DNA of 64,000 nucleotides from an uncultured Sutterella sp. (GCA_958347955.1 CATVXH010000007.1:9638-73637), one strand, 5' to 3'. Positions 26,573 to 35,715 are shown, numbered from the stretch's first letter. The notes: generated from the letters alone by a model not told the origin. Translations and numbers: made by a program.

Positions 26573-27874
26573 TTAAGAAGCCTGAGTTTTCTTGGCGTGC
26601 GGTTTATAAAGAAGGAAATAAAACGGCACGGCGACAACAAGCGCGCCCAAACCCAAGGCGAGCTGTTGCAAAGAGGCTTGCGTGCAGAAAACGATACTGA
26701 TGAGGATAGCCAAAATCGGTATCGTATTTCCAAAGGGAACCTTAAAGGAGCGCGGAGCGTCCTTCATCGTCTTACGGAACACCATGACCGCCAGACACGT
26801 CGGAATGTATTGGGCAAAACGCGCCACAACGCTGATGGCGGCAAGCATGGTGAATGTCCCCGTCATGTTGATGGCCATGGCAATAAGGGCTGAGATCACG
26901 ATACACCAGTGAGGGGCTCCGAATCGGTTATGGCGCGTCATGAAGGCAGGCAACATGTGCTTTTCAGCTAACGCGAGGCCGCTTCTGGGCGTAATAAAAG
27001 ACGAGGCGATGCAGATGCCGCCAATCGAAATAAGGGTGCCGGCCGCAATCACATAACCGCCGATCGGACCGCAAATTTTCGCAAACGCGTCCTGAACCGG
27101 GACAGTGGTGTCGGTTAGAGACGGTCCCATCACGCCGATGCAGATGCCAAGCAGCAAGAAGTAGACCACCGAGCAGAAAATGAGCGTGATGATGGTCGCC
27201 ATCGGCAGGTCGCGTTTGGGGTCTTTCATATCGCCCGCGACAACGCAGATGCCTTCAAAACCCGTAAAGGCATAAAAGAGCAAAATCGCGGTGCTGCCGA
27301 AAGTTTCCATTGAATAAGTGGTCGTTACCGGCGTGACAAACTGGTCAAAATCAACAAAGAAAATGCCAACGGCAATAAAAAGGACAAGCGGAATGACTTT
27401 ACCGATCGTAACCGCATTCTGAACAACTTTAAATAACTGTACGCCGCACAGATTAAGTATCGACAGAATGGCGATCACACCCATGGAAATCACATTTTTC
27501 ATCAGAACTGTGTTCCATTCGGGGAACATACCGAGTAAGGCTGTCGCAAAGCCCACGCTCATCGTTGCAAAAGCAATGATGCGCGTAAACCAGGTGATGA
27601 AACCGACTTCGTAGCCCACGAAGTCACCGAAAGCCTCTTTGGCAAAAATATAAGGTCCGCCTGTGTCTTTAAATAAAGAGCTGGCCTCGGCAAAACAAAG
27701 CGCGATACAAAGCGCAAGCACCATATCAAAGATCAAAACGATCATGCTCCAGGGACCGAAAAGGTCCATGGCTCGGTTCGGCAAAAGAAAGACGCCGGAA
27801 CCGATAATGCCGTTTACTCCCAGGAAAATGATGCTCCAGAGTCCAAGTTTATTTTTATTTTCAACTGAGTTCAT
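26573..27874 (-). CDS. APC-family amino acid permease
   Basis: 433 aa, 12 helices. N-terminal GLWSIIFLGVNGIIGSGVFLLP is typical of the APC superfamily. Confidence 0.85.
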   Translation of the reverse strand: MNSVENKNKLGLWSIIFLGVNGIIGSGVFLLPNRAMDLFGPWSMIVLIFDMVLALCIALCFAEASSLFKDTGGPYIFAKEAFGDFVGYEVGFITWFTRIIAFATMSVGFATALLGMFPEWNTVLMKNVISMGVIAILSILNLCGVQLFKVVQNAVTIGKVIPLVLFIAVGIFFVDFDQFVTPVTTTYSMETFGSTAILLFYAFTGFEGICVVAGDMKDPKRDLPMATIITLIFCSVVYFLLLGICIGVMGPSLTDTTVPVQDAFAKICGPIGGYVIAAGTLISIGGICIASSFITPRSGLALAEKHMLPAFMTRHNRFGAPHWCIVISALIAMAINMTGTFTMLAAISVVARFAQYIPTCLAVMVFRKTMKDAPRSFKVPFGNTIPILAILISIVFCTQASLQQLALGLGALVVAVPFYFLLYKPHAKKTQAS

Positions 27875-27895
27875 GGTGAAATCACTCCTGACAGA

Positions 27896-28630
27896 TTATC
27901 GGACGCTTGTTTCAACGCGAGCAAGAAAGTCGCTGAAGATGCGTTTCATTTCTTCGTGATCGGGCCACATGTTTTCAGGATGCCACTGAACGGCAACGAT
28001 GGAGGCGCCTTCCGTGCCTTCAATGCCCTCAATGACGCCATCGGGAGCGACAGCAGTCGCTTTCAGCCCCTTGCCCAAATCCTTGACGGCCTGATGGTGA
28101 CGGGAATTGACCTGAGCGGTTTGGCCGAGCGTGGCAAATAATGAAGAGCCTTCGGATAAGCGCACTTCGTGCACGGGGTAGCTGCCCAAGGCCAATTGCG
28201 AGTGCTGAATGTAAGATTCAGAGTTCTGAGTGGTCAAATCCTGCCAAACCGTGCCGCCGAAAGCAATATTGATCACTTGGCAACCGCGGCAGATGCCGAG
28301 CATGGGCTTTCCGGCCGCGTGGGCGGCTTTTGCCATGCCGAGTTCAAAAACATCGCGCTTGTAGTTCGTGCGGCCGAGCGCGCGGACGGGTTGCTGACCG
28401 AAAAATCTCGGATCCACATCGGGGCCGCCGGGAATAATCAAACCGTCAAAAAGATCAACAAAGTCTTCCGGTCTGGCGTGATGAACGTCAGCAAGAATGA
28501 TGGGAATGGCGCCGAGTTCATCAATCACTTCCACCAGCTGGCGAGGTGCAAAAGGAGCAAGTTTGAGATTGGTGACGTGGGAGATCTCCGGCATTGTATC
28601 GGCCGTGATGGCAATGCGCATTTTTTTCAT
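27896..28630 (-). CDS. Gamma-glutamyl-gamma-aminobutyrate hydrolase family (peptidase C26, PuuD-like), copy 1
   Basis: 244 aa with class-I amidotransferase nucleophile GICRGCQVIN and downstream HH / QWHPE. Confidence 0.85.
   Translation of the reverse strand: MKKMRIAITADTMPEISHVTNLKLAPFAPRQLVEVIDELGAIPIILADVHHARPEDFVDLFDGLIIPGGPDVDPRFFGQQPVRALGRTNYKRDVFELGMAKAAHAAGKPMLGICRGCQVINIAFGGTVWQDLTTQNSESYIQHSQLALGSYPVHEVRLSEGSSLFATLGQTAQVNSRHHQAVKDLGKGLKATAVAPDGVIEGIEGTEGASIVAVQWHPENMWPDHEEMKRIFSDFLARVETSVR
27934..28564. repeat. Identical core of the tandem puuD-like duplication (partner 28985-29615, offset 1051 nt)
   Basis: Sense and antisense translations of both copies are identical across the core. 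Three stretches were compared base by base by eye. Divergence resumes at both ends. Confidence 0.8.
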
Positions 28631-28946
28631 AATTTTTCCTTTCTTGATGGCCCCTCTGAGTCAATCTGGTTGGATTTAGTTGTTTTAGGGGTAGCCGAGC
28701 AGTTTATCATCCGGTCTGTTGATAGAAAATAAGCAAAAAACGTTAGTTCGACGTTCAAAAAAAATCTTTCTCTATTTCAAAAATAAATTTTTGTCATTAT
28801 CAGAGTCACAGCCAGCGATTAAAAATTTAGCCACAACCCAGGTAACTTTGAGGGCTGTGGCTAAGTTAAGCGTTTAAATACTGAACATTAAACAACCGCC
28901 AGTTTTTGATTTTCGGCGGCAGTTCATTGCTTCAGTTGCTCAGTGC

Positions 28947-29681
28947 TTATTGAGCGCTCTTTTCAACGCGGGCTAGGAAGTCAATGAAGATGCGTTTCAT
29001 TTCTTCGTGATCGGGCCACATGTTTTCAGGATGCCACTGAACGGCAACGATGGAGGCGCCTTCCGTGCCTTCAATGCCCTCAATGACGCCATCGGGAGCG
29101 ACAGCAGTCGCTTTCAGCCCCTTGCCCAAATCCTTGACGGCCTGATGGTGACGGGAATTGACCTGAGCGGTTTGGCCGAGCGTGGCAAATAATGAAGAGC
29201 CTTCGGATAAGCGCACTTCGTGCACGGGGTAGCTGCCCAAGGCCAATTGCGAGTGCTGAATGTAAGATTCAGAGTTCTGAGTGGTCAAATCCTGCCAAAC
29301 CGTGCCGCCGAAAGCAATATTGATCACTTGGCAACCGCGGCAGATGCCGAGCATGGGCTTTCCGGCCGCGTGGGCGGCTTTTGCCATGCCGAGTTCAAAA
29401 ACATCGCGCTTGTAGTTCGTGCGGCCGAGCGCGCGGACGGGTTGCTGACCGAAAAATCTCGGATCCACATCGGGGCCGCCGGGAATAATCAAACCGTCAA
29501 AAAGATCAACAAAGTCTTCCGGTCTGGCGTGATGAACGTCAGCAAGAATGATGGGAATGGCGCCGAGTTCATCAATCACTTCCACCAGCTGGCGAGGTGC
29601 AAAAGGAGCAAGTTTATGATTGATGACGTGGGAAATTTGAGGCAACGTATCGGCCGTGATGGCAATGCGCATCTTTTTCAT
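28947..29681 (-). CDS. Gamma-glutamyl-gamma-aminobutyrate hydrolase family (peptidase C26, PuuD-like), copy 2
   Basis: 244 aa. Differs from copy 1 only in about the first 25 and last 12 residues. Confidence 0.85.
   Translation of the reverse strand: MKKMRIAITADTLPQISHVINHKLAPFAPRQLVEVIDELGAIPIILADVHHARPEDFVDLFDGLIIPGGPDVDPRFFGQQPVRALGRTNYKRDVFELGMAKAAHAAGKPMLGICRGCQVINIAFGGTVWQDLTTQNSESYIQHSQLALGSYPVHEVRLSEGSSLFATLGQTAQVNSRHHQAVKDLGKGLKATAVAPDGVIEGIEGTEGASIVAVQWHPENMWPDHEEMKRIFIDFLARVEKSAQ
28985..29615. repeat. Identical core of the tandem puuD-like duplication (partner 27934-28564)
   Basis: See the partner repeat. Confidence 0.8.
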
Positions 29682-30008
29682 GATGATTTTTCCTTGATAA
29701 ATCTTTCAGGACAATCTTTCAATGTTTAGTTGGTTTAAAACCGGTTCAACAGTTTATCACTGAAGTTTTGTCCCGAGAATATCGGGAAAACGAGGGCTTT
29801 TAGCTTTCGCATGGACAATGAGTTAATCAAATCTCAACGGCAAACTAAAAAATCAGAAATCTAAAATCATTCCCCTGCTGCTCGGAAATAAAGATAGGCG
29901 TCAACCGAGGGCTGATCCCACGCTTGACGCCTTTTTTGTCAGATCCGCTTTAAATCTGTTGATCGGACGGTATAAAGATCAGTCCTTTGTAAACGACACT
30001 CCCCTTTT

Positions 30009-30626
30009 TTATTTTTTGGACTTCTCAGCGGCCTCTTTTTCTTCGCGTTGTTTTTGAGTTTTTTGCGCTTCAGCCATTTCAAGCGCGATCTTTATATAAG
30101 AGTCAACCTGCTTGGTGCCGTATGTGCAGGCAACACGCTTGGAAAATAAAAAGTAAAGCGTCCAAAGAGCTGCATACATGCATGAGCGAATTACTGTGCT
30201 GTTGTCTAAGCTCGCTCCGAATATCACCGATAGCAATAACAAAGAAATTGGGCCGACAACCCACAAAATAACGATTGTTTGCTTAACCACCCAACCTTCC
30301 CGTTTTCTGGCGATGATCCAAAGGCAATAAATGTAAAGGCCGATGATAACCAGAGACGGCGACAAAATCGCCCAATTCAAAACCCCGGAGGCATTCATGG
30401 TGCTAACCGCATTGACCGCATCAATAACCGTGAGGATAATCGAGAGCACAATGGTGGCGACAAAAACTAAAAGCCAGCCGTGCACACCGTGTGGGAAGTA
30501 AGGAATCGGGCGCGCAGAAGGCTTGGTTTTTGCTAAAGCGTAAATAAAGTAGGTCGGGCAAGCCGTCAAAATAGCCAAAATGGCAATGGCCATCAAAACT
30601 TCAAAAGACAATAAATCGCTGATCAT
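30009..30626 (-). CDS. Membrane protein, DUF2569-like, with Lys/Glu-rich C-terminal tail
   Basis: 205 aa, about 5 helices, tail AEAQKTQKQREEKEAAEKSKK. Starts 2 nt after the MerR-family stop. Family call is from memory. Confidence 0.45.
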   Translation of the reverse strand: MISDLLSFEVLMAIAILAILTACPTYFIYALAKTKPSARPIPYFPHGVHGWLLVFVATIVLSIILTVIDAVNAVSTMNASGVLNWAILSPSLVIIGLYIYCLWIIARKREGWVVKQTIVILWVVGPISLLLLSVIFGASLDNSTVIRSCMYAALWTLYFLFSKRVACTYGTKQVDSYIKIALEMAEAQKTQKQREEKEAAEKSKK

Positions 30627-30628
30627 AA

Positions 30629-31102
30629 TTAGGAAACCGTTTGTTTGTGGGTATCAGCCTTTTTGAATAGGCGTTTCACTTTAAGATTTTCGCAATTGTG
30701 GCAGCAGGCTTCGTTGTTCAAACCCTCGATGATTCCGCAGGGCTCGCCGTTTGCGTGATTGCCGTGGCAGCAAAGCGACAACAAACCCAGATGCTGACGC
30801 AACTCTTTGAGGGCGTTAATCTGCTCGTCGATTTTTTTCATGTGACGAGAGATTATTTCCTGCACCTTGCAGGCTTCCTCATTGCGTCTGGCATCCACAT
30901 CGCTTAAAAGTCTGATGTCTTCCAGACTCATGTCAAGACTGCGGCAGTGACGGATAAATTGCAAACGCTTTAAATGCCCTTCCGTGTAGGAACGGTAATT
31001 GTTCATGGAACGCGCCGCCTTCGGGATCAACCCTTCATTTTCATAAAAACGGATCGTTTCCACTGCCACACCCGATAACTTTGAAAGTTCTCCGATACGC
31101 AT
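30629..31102 (-). CDS. MerR-family metal-responsive regulator (CadR/ZntR-like) with Cys/His-rich C-terminus
   Basis: MRIGELSKLSGVAVETIRFYENEGLIP HTH. C-terminal LCCHGNHANGEPCGIIEGLNNEACCHNC. ATG 31102 is preferred over the GTG-extended ORF. Confidence 0.8.
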   Translation of the reverse strand: MRIGELSKLSGVAVETIRFYENEGLIPKAARSMNNYRSYTEGHLKRLQFIRHCRSLDMSLEDIRLLSDVDARRNEEACKVQEIISRHMKKIDEQINALKELRQHLGLLSLCCHGNHANGEPCGIIEGLNNEACCHNCENLKVKRLFKKADTHKQTVS

Positions 31103-31144
31103 GTCACTACTGTCAAAATGATGATCTCGGAACTTTAGCACAAA

Positions 31145-31163
31145 CCCTGTAGTTTCTGCAGGG
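31145..31163 (-). promoter_or_regulatory. Dyad resembling CadR/PbrR/ZntR-type operators
   Basis: CCCTGTAG-TTT-CTGCAGGG (7 of 8 arm matches), 43 nt upstream of the MerR ATG. Compare the recalled ACCCTATAG-TGG-CTACAGGGT type. Confidence 0.4.
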
Positions 31164-31242
31164 ATTTAATCTGGAGATTTTTATTTAATATTAAAAAAAT
31201 ATTGATAAGATATTATTGTAATGTTAATTTAGTTGCATAAAT

Positions 31243-31272
31243 AAAAAAACAGAGATCCATTTGGATCCCTGT
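31243..31272 (-). terminator. Terminator after the dsbI-like gene
   Basis: On the minus strand, ACAGGGATCC..GGATCTCTGT is followed by TTTTTTT. Confidence 0.6.
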
Positions 31273-31300
31273 TTTCAATTAAAAGAAGCGAGTCTGTCCG

Positions 31301-32842
31301 TTACTGGATTTCAAGCGTCACAATCTTGTTGTGATCAACCACTTCGAACTGATTGCCCTTTTTCACCAAACCGCGAATGTCGGTGAGCTCGGCGGGAAGA
31401 CCGTAAGCGGCGGTCACTTCTTCACGGGCGATGTCAATGACAATTAAGGTGTTGAAGTTTTTGGAGACCGCGTAGAGTTTACCGTCTTCATAAACCATGC
31501 CTGTCACGTAGAGTTCACCTAAAGTGCGACCGTCTTTAAGGTCGGCAGCGGGAACAAATTCACCCGAGAGCATCCAGTCAGCCATCAAAGCCTTAGAGAT
31601 CACAAAAGTTTTCTTATTTTTGTTATCCGGCAGAGAGGCAGTGAAGATGTATCGACCATCGGTAGCGCTCGAATGGATGTAAGAGTATTTGGCGCGTTCC
31701 GTATCGATACGGGCGCGTCCCAAACCGCCAACGGCTTCGACCTGATTGCGACCGGCCGTAAAGTTAGCCCAGCCCTTCACGTCATCGGCTTTAGGATTCA
31801 AACGGGCGCGCAAAATCGACTTGTTCATACCCATGATGACAAAGGCGTCGTCTTGGTAGGCAGTGATACCGACGATATCCAATACGTTCGCAGAGAACCA
31901 GGGATCGATCGCAGCGGCAACCGTGGGCTTGAGTTTCTCATCCAACACCCAAAAATCGTATTTCGAGGCGACAAAGTATTGGCCGCGCACTTCACTGATC
32001 ATATTGATCGGTTTATCAATACCTTCAATGCTGCGAGTCTGAACACTCTTTAATTGACCGTTCAACACAACCGGGCCATTGGCTGAATTATTGTCAAAGG
32101 CGATGCCCAACTTCTTGGCGTTGGGAGCATAGGCAAAGTCCGGATCCTTGACGTCACGACGGCCAAGGAAATTGATGCCGCTCCACATGCCATGCCAACC
32201 GGCGTCTGACCAAATGACATACTTAGGATTGAAGGAGAAACGAACGGGATCGCCCTGTCCCCAGTTGGGAGGAACACCGGTTGACCAAAGCGCTTGGAAG
32301 GTATTGGAGGCGATGATGAAAGCGACAACACCGAACGAAATTTTGTAGAACTTCGTCAACGGGCGCCAGGGTTTGCCCTTCATTTCAGCCAAGAGCGCGT
32401 CAACGCGGGGAGCCAGGAAGCAAGCCAGGCCGAAAAGCATGACAACGCACCAGAACACAATTTCAGCCCACATTTGCGTGTGGATGCCGAAAACGTCCAG
32501 ACCGAAGCCCTGGCCGACGTCGCGCATGGCATGATTGCCCAAATGACGGAAACTTGAATAAAGACCTAAAGCGGCCATCACAAGCATTGTGGCCAAATAT
32601 TTCGGCTTAAAGCCGTAGCGAACCATAAAGAGCGCCACGACGCCGATATAGGCCATTTGCTGTCTTTGACCCCAACACAGTGTGCAGGGACTGTCTCCCA
32701 TCATGTAACCCAAAATGATGTTGGCGATACCGACAGGGAGCAAAACGATTAACAAACCGCCCCAGCAGACAACATCGTAGAAAGTTTTCGCTTTTTTTAT
32801 ATCCCCGTCATTAATCGGACGAGTGTGATCATAAATAGACAT
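31301..32842 (-). CDS. dsbI: DsbB-like thiol oxidoreductase fused to a C-terminal beta-propeller-like domain (DsbI-like)
   Basis: The N-terminal 160 aa has 4-5 TM helices and CTLC in the first loop (GDSPCTLCWGQRQQ). The C-terminal ~340 aa is soluble with repeated blade-like segments. This architecture is known from Campylobacter/Helicobacter DsbI. Confidence 0.6.
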   Translation of the reverse strand: MSIYDHTRPINDGDIKKAKTFYDVVCWGGLLIVLLPVGIANIILGYMMGDSPCTLCWGQRQQMAYIGVVALFMVRYGFKPKYLATMLVMAALGLYSSFRHLGNHAMRDVGQGFGLDVFGIHTQMWAEIVFWCVVMLFGLACFLAPRVDALLAEMKGKPWRPLTKFYKISFGVVAFIIASNTFQALWSTGVPPNWGQGDPVRFSFNPKYVIWSDAGWHGMWSGINFLGRRDVKDPDFAYAPNAKKLGIAFDNNSANGPVVLNGQLKSVQTRSIEGIDKPINMISEVRGQYFVASKYDFWVLDEKLKPTVAAAIDPWFSANVLDIVGITAYQDDAFVIMGMNKSILRARLNPKADDVKGWANFTAGRNQVEAVGGLGRARIDTERAKYSYIHSSATDGRYIFTASLPDNKNKKTFVISKALMADWMLSGEFVPAADLKDGRTLGELYVTGMVYEDGKLYAVSKNFNTLIVIDIAREEVTAAYGLPAELTDIRGLVKKGNQFEVVDHNKIVTLEIQ

Positions 32843-32865
32843 GGTCTTTTTTTCCTTTCGTTCGA

Positions 32866-33033
32866 TTAAAGATTAAGGGCGCCTAAAATAGCGGTGGAAA
32901 CGTGGCCCACATACATAAACACGACCACGAACCAGCTGCCCACTGTTAACCACCAGGCCAGTTTTTCTTTTTCCGGCTTCATGATGATGAGCATCACTGC
33001 CGCAAAAAGAAGGAGAAATTCCAGAAATTCCAT
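32866..33033 (-). CDS. dba: 55-codon hydrophobic ORF upstream of dsbI (Dba-like accessory protein candidate); not in the ORF track
   Basis: MEFLEFLLLFAAVMLIIMKPEKEKLAWWLTVGSWFVVVFMYVGHVSTAILGALNL forms two TM helices. GAAAGGAA lies 9 nt before the ATG, and the same GAAAGGAA precedes dsbI. The gap to dsbI is 23 nt. Confidence 0.4.
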   Translation of the reverse strand: MEFLEFLLLFAAVMLIIMKPEKEKLAWWLTVGSWFVVVFMYVGHVSTAILGALNL

Positions 33034-33255
33034 CTAGATGTTCCTTTCGTAATAATTACCATTTGCCATTTGGCGGCTGAATTTTAAAATACAGAATTGC
33101 TCTTTTTCAAATAACCAAATGTGTCTATAACTCAATTTGCTATAAACAGTATTGATTTTGTGATTTCAAAGATTTCAGCCAGGACACGATCGATAGTCAC
33201 GGCCGTAAAAAAAGAGAACAAAAGACTTAAAAATTCAAATTTTTAAATACGTAGA

Positions 33256-33278
33256 GGGAGTGGTTTTTGACCACTCCC
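33256..33278 (-). terminator. Terminator hairpin after the gltP-like gene
   Basis: GGGAGTGGT..ACCACTCCC, a 9-bp stem. Confidence 0.5.
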
Positions 33279-33320
33279 CCTTAAATGCCATTCAAATTAA
33301 ATCTGAATGATCTTTATATA

Positions 33321-34568
33321 TTAGGCCTTTGCTTCTTCGTCTTCTTCGAAGGGTTCTGAGCCTAATTCACCTTCCATGCGGCTGACCATCAAAGCGGTGG
33401 TGGAGTCGCCGACGACGTTAATGGACGTACGGATCATATCAAGAATACGGTCAACACCGGCGATCAAAGCGATCACTTCAAGCGGGATACCGATTTGCGT
33501 GAAGACCAAGGTCGACATGATCAAGCCAGCGCCCGGAACACCGGCCGTACCGACAGCAGCCAACACCCCCGTGATAACAACGATGACTTGGTCACCAAGG
33601 GTCAACGGGAGGTTATAGATCTGAGCGGCAAACACTGCGCACACACCCATGTAAACAGCCGTACCGTTCATGTTAATGGTGTTGCCTAACGGCACCGCGA
33701 AGGAAGCGATAGAGTTCGTAGCACCCAAGCGGCGGGAAGCAACCAAGTTGGCAGCCATAGCGGCGGCAGACGAGCAGGTCGTGAAAGCGATCAACCACGG
33801 TTCAAAGATGCCCTTGAAGTATTGACCGACCGGGATACGGATGATGAAGACCACGATCGGGATGTAAATCAAGATAACCAACAAAGCAGTAGCGATGAAG
33901 GATGCCAGAATCAACTTGCCCAACGGGAGCAAAACGGCCAAACCGTGTTGAGACACCACAACAGCCATCAAAGCGAACACACCGATCGGAGCGTAGCGCA
34001 TCACAACTTGCGTCATGTGAATCATCAAGTTGCCGACGATGTCGAAGAAGTGGTAAACGGGTTTACCCTTTTCGCCCAAGAAGTTCAAGCAGAAGCCGAA
34101 CATAATGGCGAAGAAGATGATCTGAAGGATGGAGCCTTTAGCGAAAGCTTCCATCGGGTTGATCGGGACGATATCAAGCAGGGTTTGCACAAAGCTCGGA
34201 GCCTTCACTTGAGCAGCCTTCAAGCCTTCCGTTGAAAGCGTCAGACCGATACCAGGGTCAATGATGTTAGCAATCAACAAGCCGAAAATCACAGAGATAG
34301 CAGAAGTCACCATGAAGATAACGAGCGTCTTGATTGCCACGCGACCTAATTTGCTGACGTCAGAAATACCGGCGGCGCCAGCAACCAAGGTTGCAAACAC
34401 CAAGGGCACAACGACCATGCGGATTAAGCGGATGAACAAGTCACCGAAGGGCTTGACGTAGGTAGTGGCGAACTGGGAGTCCAGGAACATACCGACAATC
34501 ACACCCAAAACCAGACCAATGAGCATCTGCATTGCCAAACCCATTGAAGCGGATTTAGATTTTGCCAT
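33321..34568 (-). CDS. Dicarboxylate/amino acid:cation symporter (GltP/DctA family)
   Basis: 415 aa with family motifs PLGNTINMNGTAVY and GVPGAGLIM. Confidence 0.85.
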   Translation of the reverse strand: MAKSKSASMGLAMQMLIGLVLGVIVGMFLDSQFATTYVKPFGDLFIRLIRMVVVPLVFATLVAGAAGISDVSKLGRVAIKTLVIFMVTSAISVIFGLLIANIIDPGIGLTLSTEGLKAAQVKAPSFVQTLLDIVPINPMEAFAKGSILQIIFFAIMFGFCLNFLGEKGKPVYHFFDIVGNLMIHMTQVVMRYAPIGVFALMAVVVSQHGLAVLLPLGKLILASFIATALLVILIYIPIVVFIIRIPVGQYFKGIFEPWLIAFTTCSSAAAMAANLVASRRLGATNSIASFAVPLGNTINMNGTAVYMGVCAVFAAQIYNLPLTLGDQVIVVITGVLAAVGTAGVPGAGLIMSTLVFTQIGIPLEVIALIAGVDRILDMIRTSINVVGDSTTALMVSRMEGELGSEPFEEDEEAKA

Positions 34569-34803
34569 TGCATTCTCCTTTCCAAATATTTTTTATTATC
34601 GCGAGCGGTCGTTTTTGAGTGCCGTAACAACACAGAAATACAACTCTGCACACGGTATAAACGAGCCGAAACGGTAGGGTTTCAATCTCTTGATTCAAAT
34701 GTAGTATCAAAATGTAAAATCTAAAAGTAGGTAGAAACCCTAACTTCTAAAGGCTGACGATGCTTACTTATTTTGTAAAGAAAGAAAAAACCTTTGATTT
34801 ATT

Positions 34804-35715
34804 CTAATAATTCAGGGCGTTATAACATTTGCCACTACAGTTGGGGGTACAGACAAGCAAAAAAGGCAACTTTTGCGTTTGCGCAAATGTTTGCGAAAAA
34901 ATCAGACGTTGAAGGGATGAAATGTTTTCAAAGTCCTGTGTTGGCAATGTAATCGCGACTTGCATGTAGTTGTTGAGTAACAACCAGCGAGCCCGGCTGT
35001 CCGTCTCATTGCTTATTTTGATAAGTCCTAAATGCAATAAAGCAAGGCGGCCTTTGGGGGTCAGAAACGACTGATTCCTGATAGGCTCACCTTCACGCTC
35101 ACACTTAATTAAATAAGCCATTTCATGAGGCTGAGCCTGATTAAATGCGCACCGATAGGCAGCCGCAAGAACGCAGTCGCTCCAAGCCCTCAAATCTTTA
35201 TGGCCAAATTGAGCGAAAACCGGAAAATCTTCCACTTTAAGTCCTGAGGGCATCGATTTGCCCATGGCGCTCCCCTTCTCGTCATAGGCAAGCACAGATA
35301 AATCGAGTTTGCTATCGGCCGCTCTTACTATATGTATTAGCGCACGCTCGTGATCTTCAGTTTTGGCAAACTTTTCAATAAAGCGGTTTAAGCGCTCACT
35401 TAGTGTTTTGCCCTCGCCCCATGGTTGAGCGCCAATGGAAGTAATCGTTAAAGCGGCAAAAGGCAATCCATCGGGCGTCGAAAAGACAAAACTCATCGGA
35501 CGAATCGCTCGAGGCTCTTGAGGTTGAGAATTCGGAGGCGCGGATTGATTCTTTCTGGCTCGAACTCTTTCTGTTCGACGATTGGCAATCTCGGCGCTGT
35601 TGTCCCTTTGTGAGGTGCCTTTACTCTGACCCTTAACGGTTTTCACAATCAGCCAGAGCACCAAAAAGATCGCCAAAGCCGAGAGCAACAAGAAAAAATC
35701 AAAATCTTTATTCAT
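34804..35715 (-). CDS. Hypothetical single-pass membrane protein
   Basis: 303 aa: an N-terminal TM helix, a basic/Gln-Pro linker, then about 220 aa with no motif I recognise. Ends in the Cys-rich CTPNCSGKCYNALNY. Confidence 0.45.
   Translation of the reverse strand: MNKDFDFFLLLSALAIFLVLWLIVKTVKGQSKGTSQRDNSAEIANRRTERVRARKNQSAPPNSQPQEPRAIRPMSFVFSTPDGLPFAALTITSIGAQPWGEGKTLSERLNRFIEKFAKTEDHERALIHIVRAADSKLDLSVLAYDEKGSAMGKSMPSGLKVEDFPVFAQFGHKDLRAWSDCVLAAAYRCAFNQAQPHEMAYLIKCEREGEPIRNQSFLTPKGRLALLHLGLIKISNETDSRARWLLLNNYMQVAITLPTQDFENISSLQRLIFSQTFAQTQKLPFLLVCTPNCSGKCYNALNY

Noticed and set aside
28169-29729. 187-aa and 169-aa plus-strand ORFs (28169-28732 and 29220-29729)
   Set aside because: Both are antisense to the two PuuD-like genes. 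Their identity to each other only reflects the duplicated DNA.
33822-34235. 137-aa Asp/His/Gln-rich ORF on the plus strand
   Set aside because: Antisense to the GltP-family symporter. Its odd composition mirrors hydrophobic codons read backwards.
34675-34742. 9-bp inverted repeat TAGGGTTTC..GAAACCCTA with a 50-nt loop between the hypothetical gene and the gltP-like gene
   Set aside because: The loop is too long and AT-rich for a convincing terminator, and there is a single occurrence. This is insufficient to call a feature.
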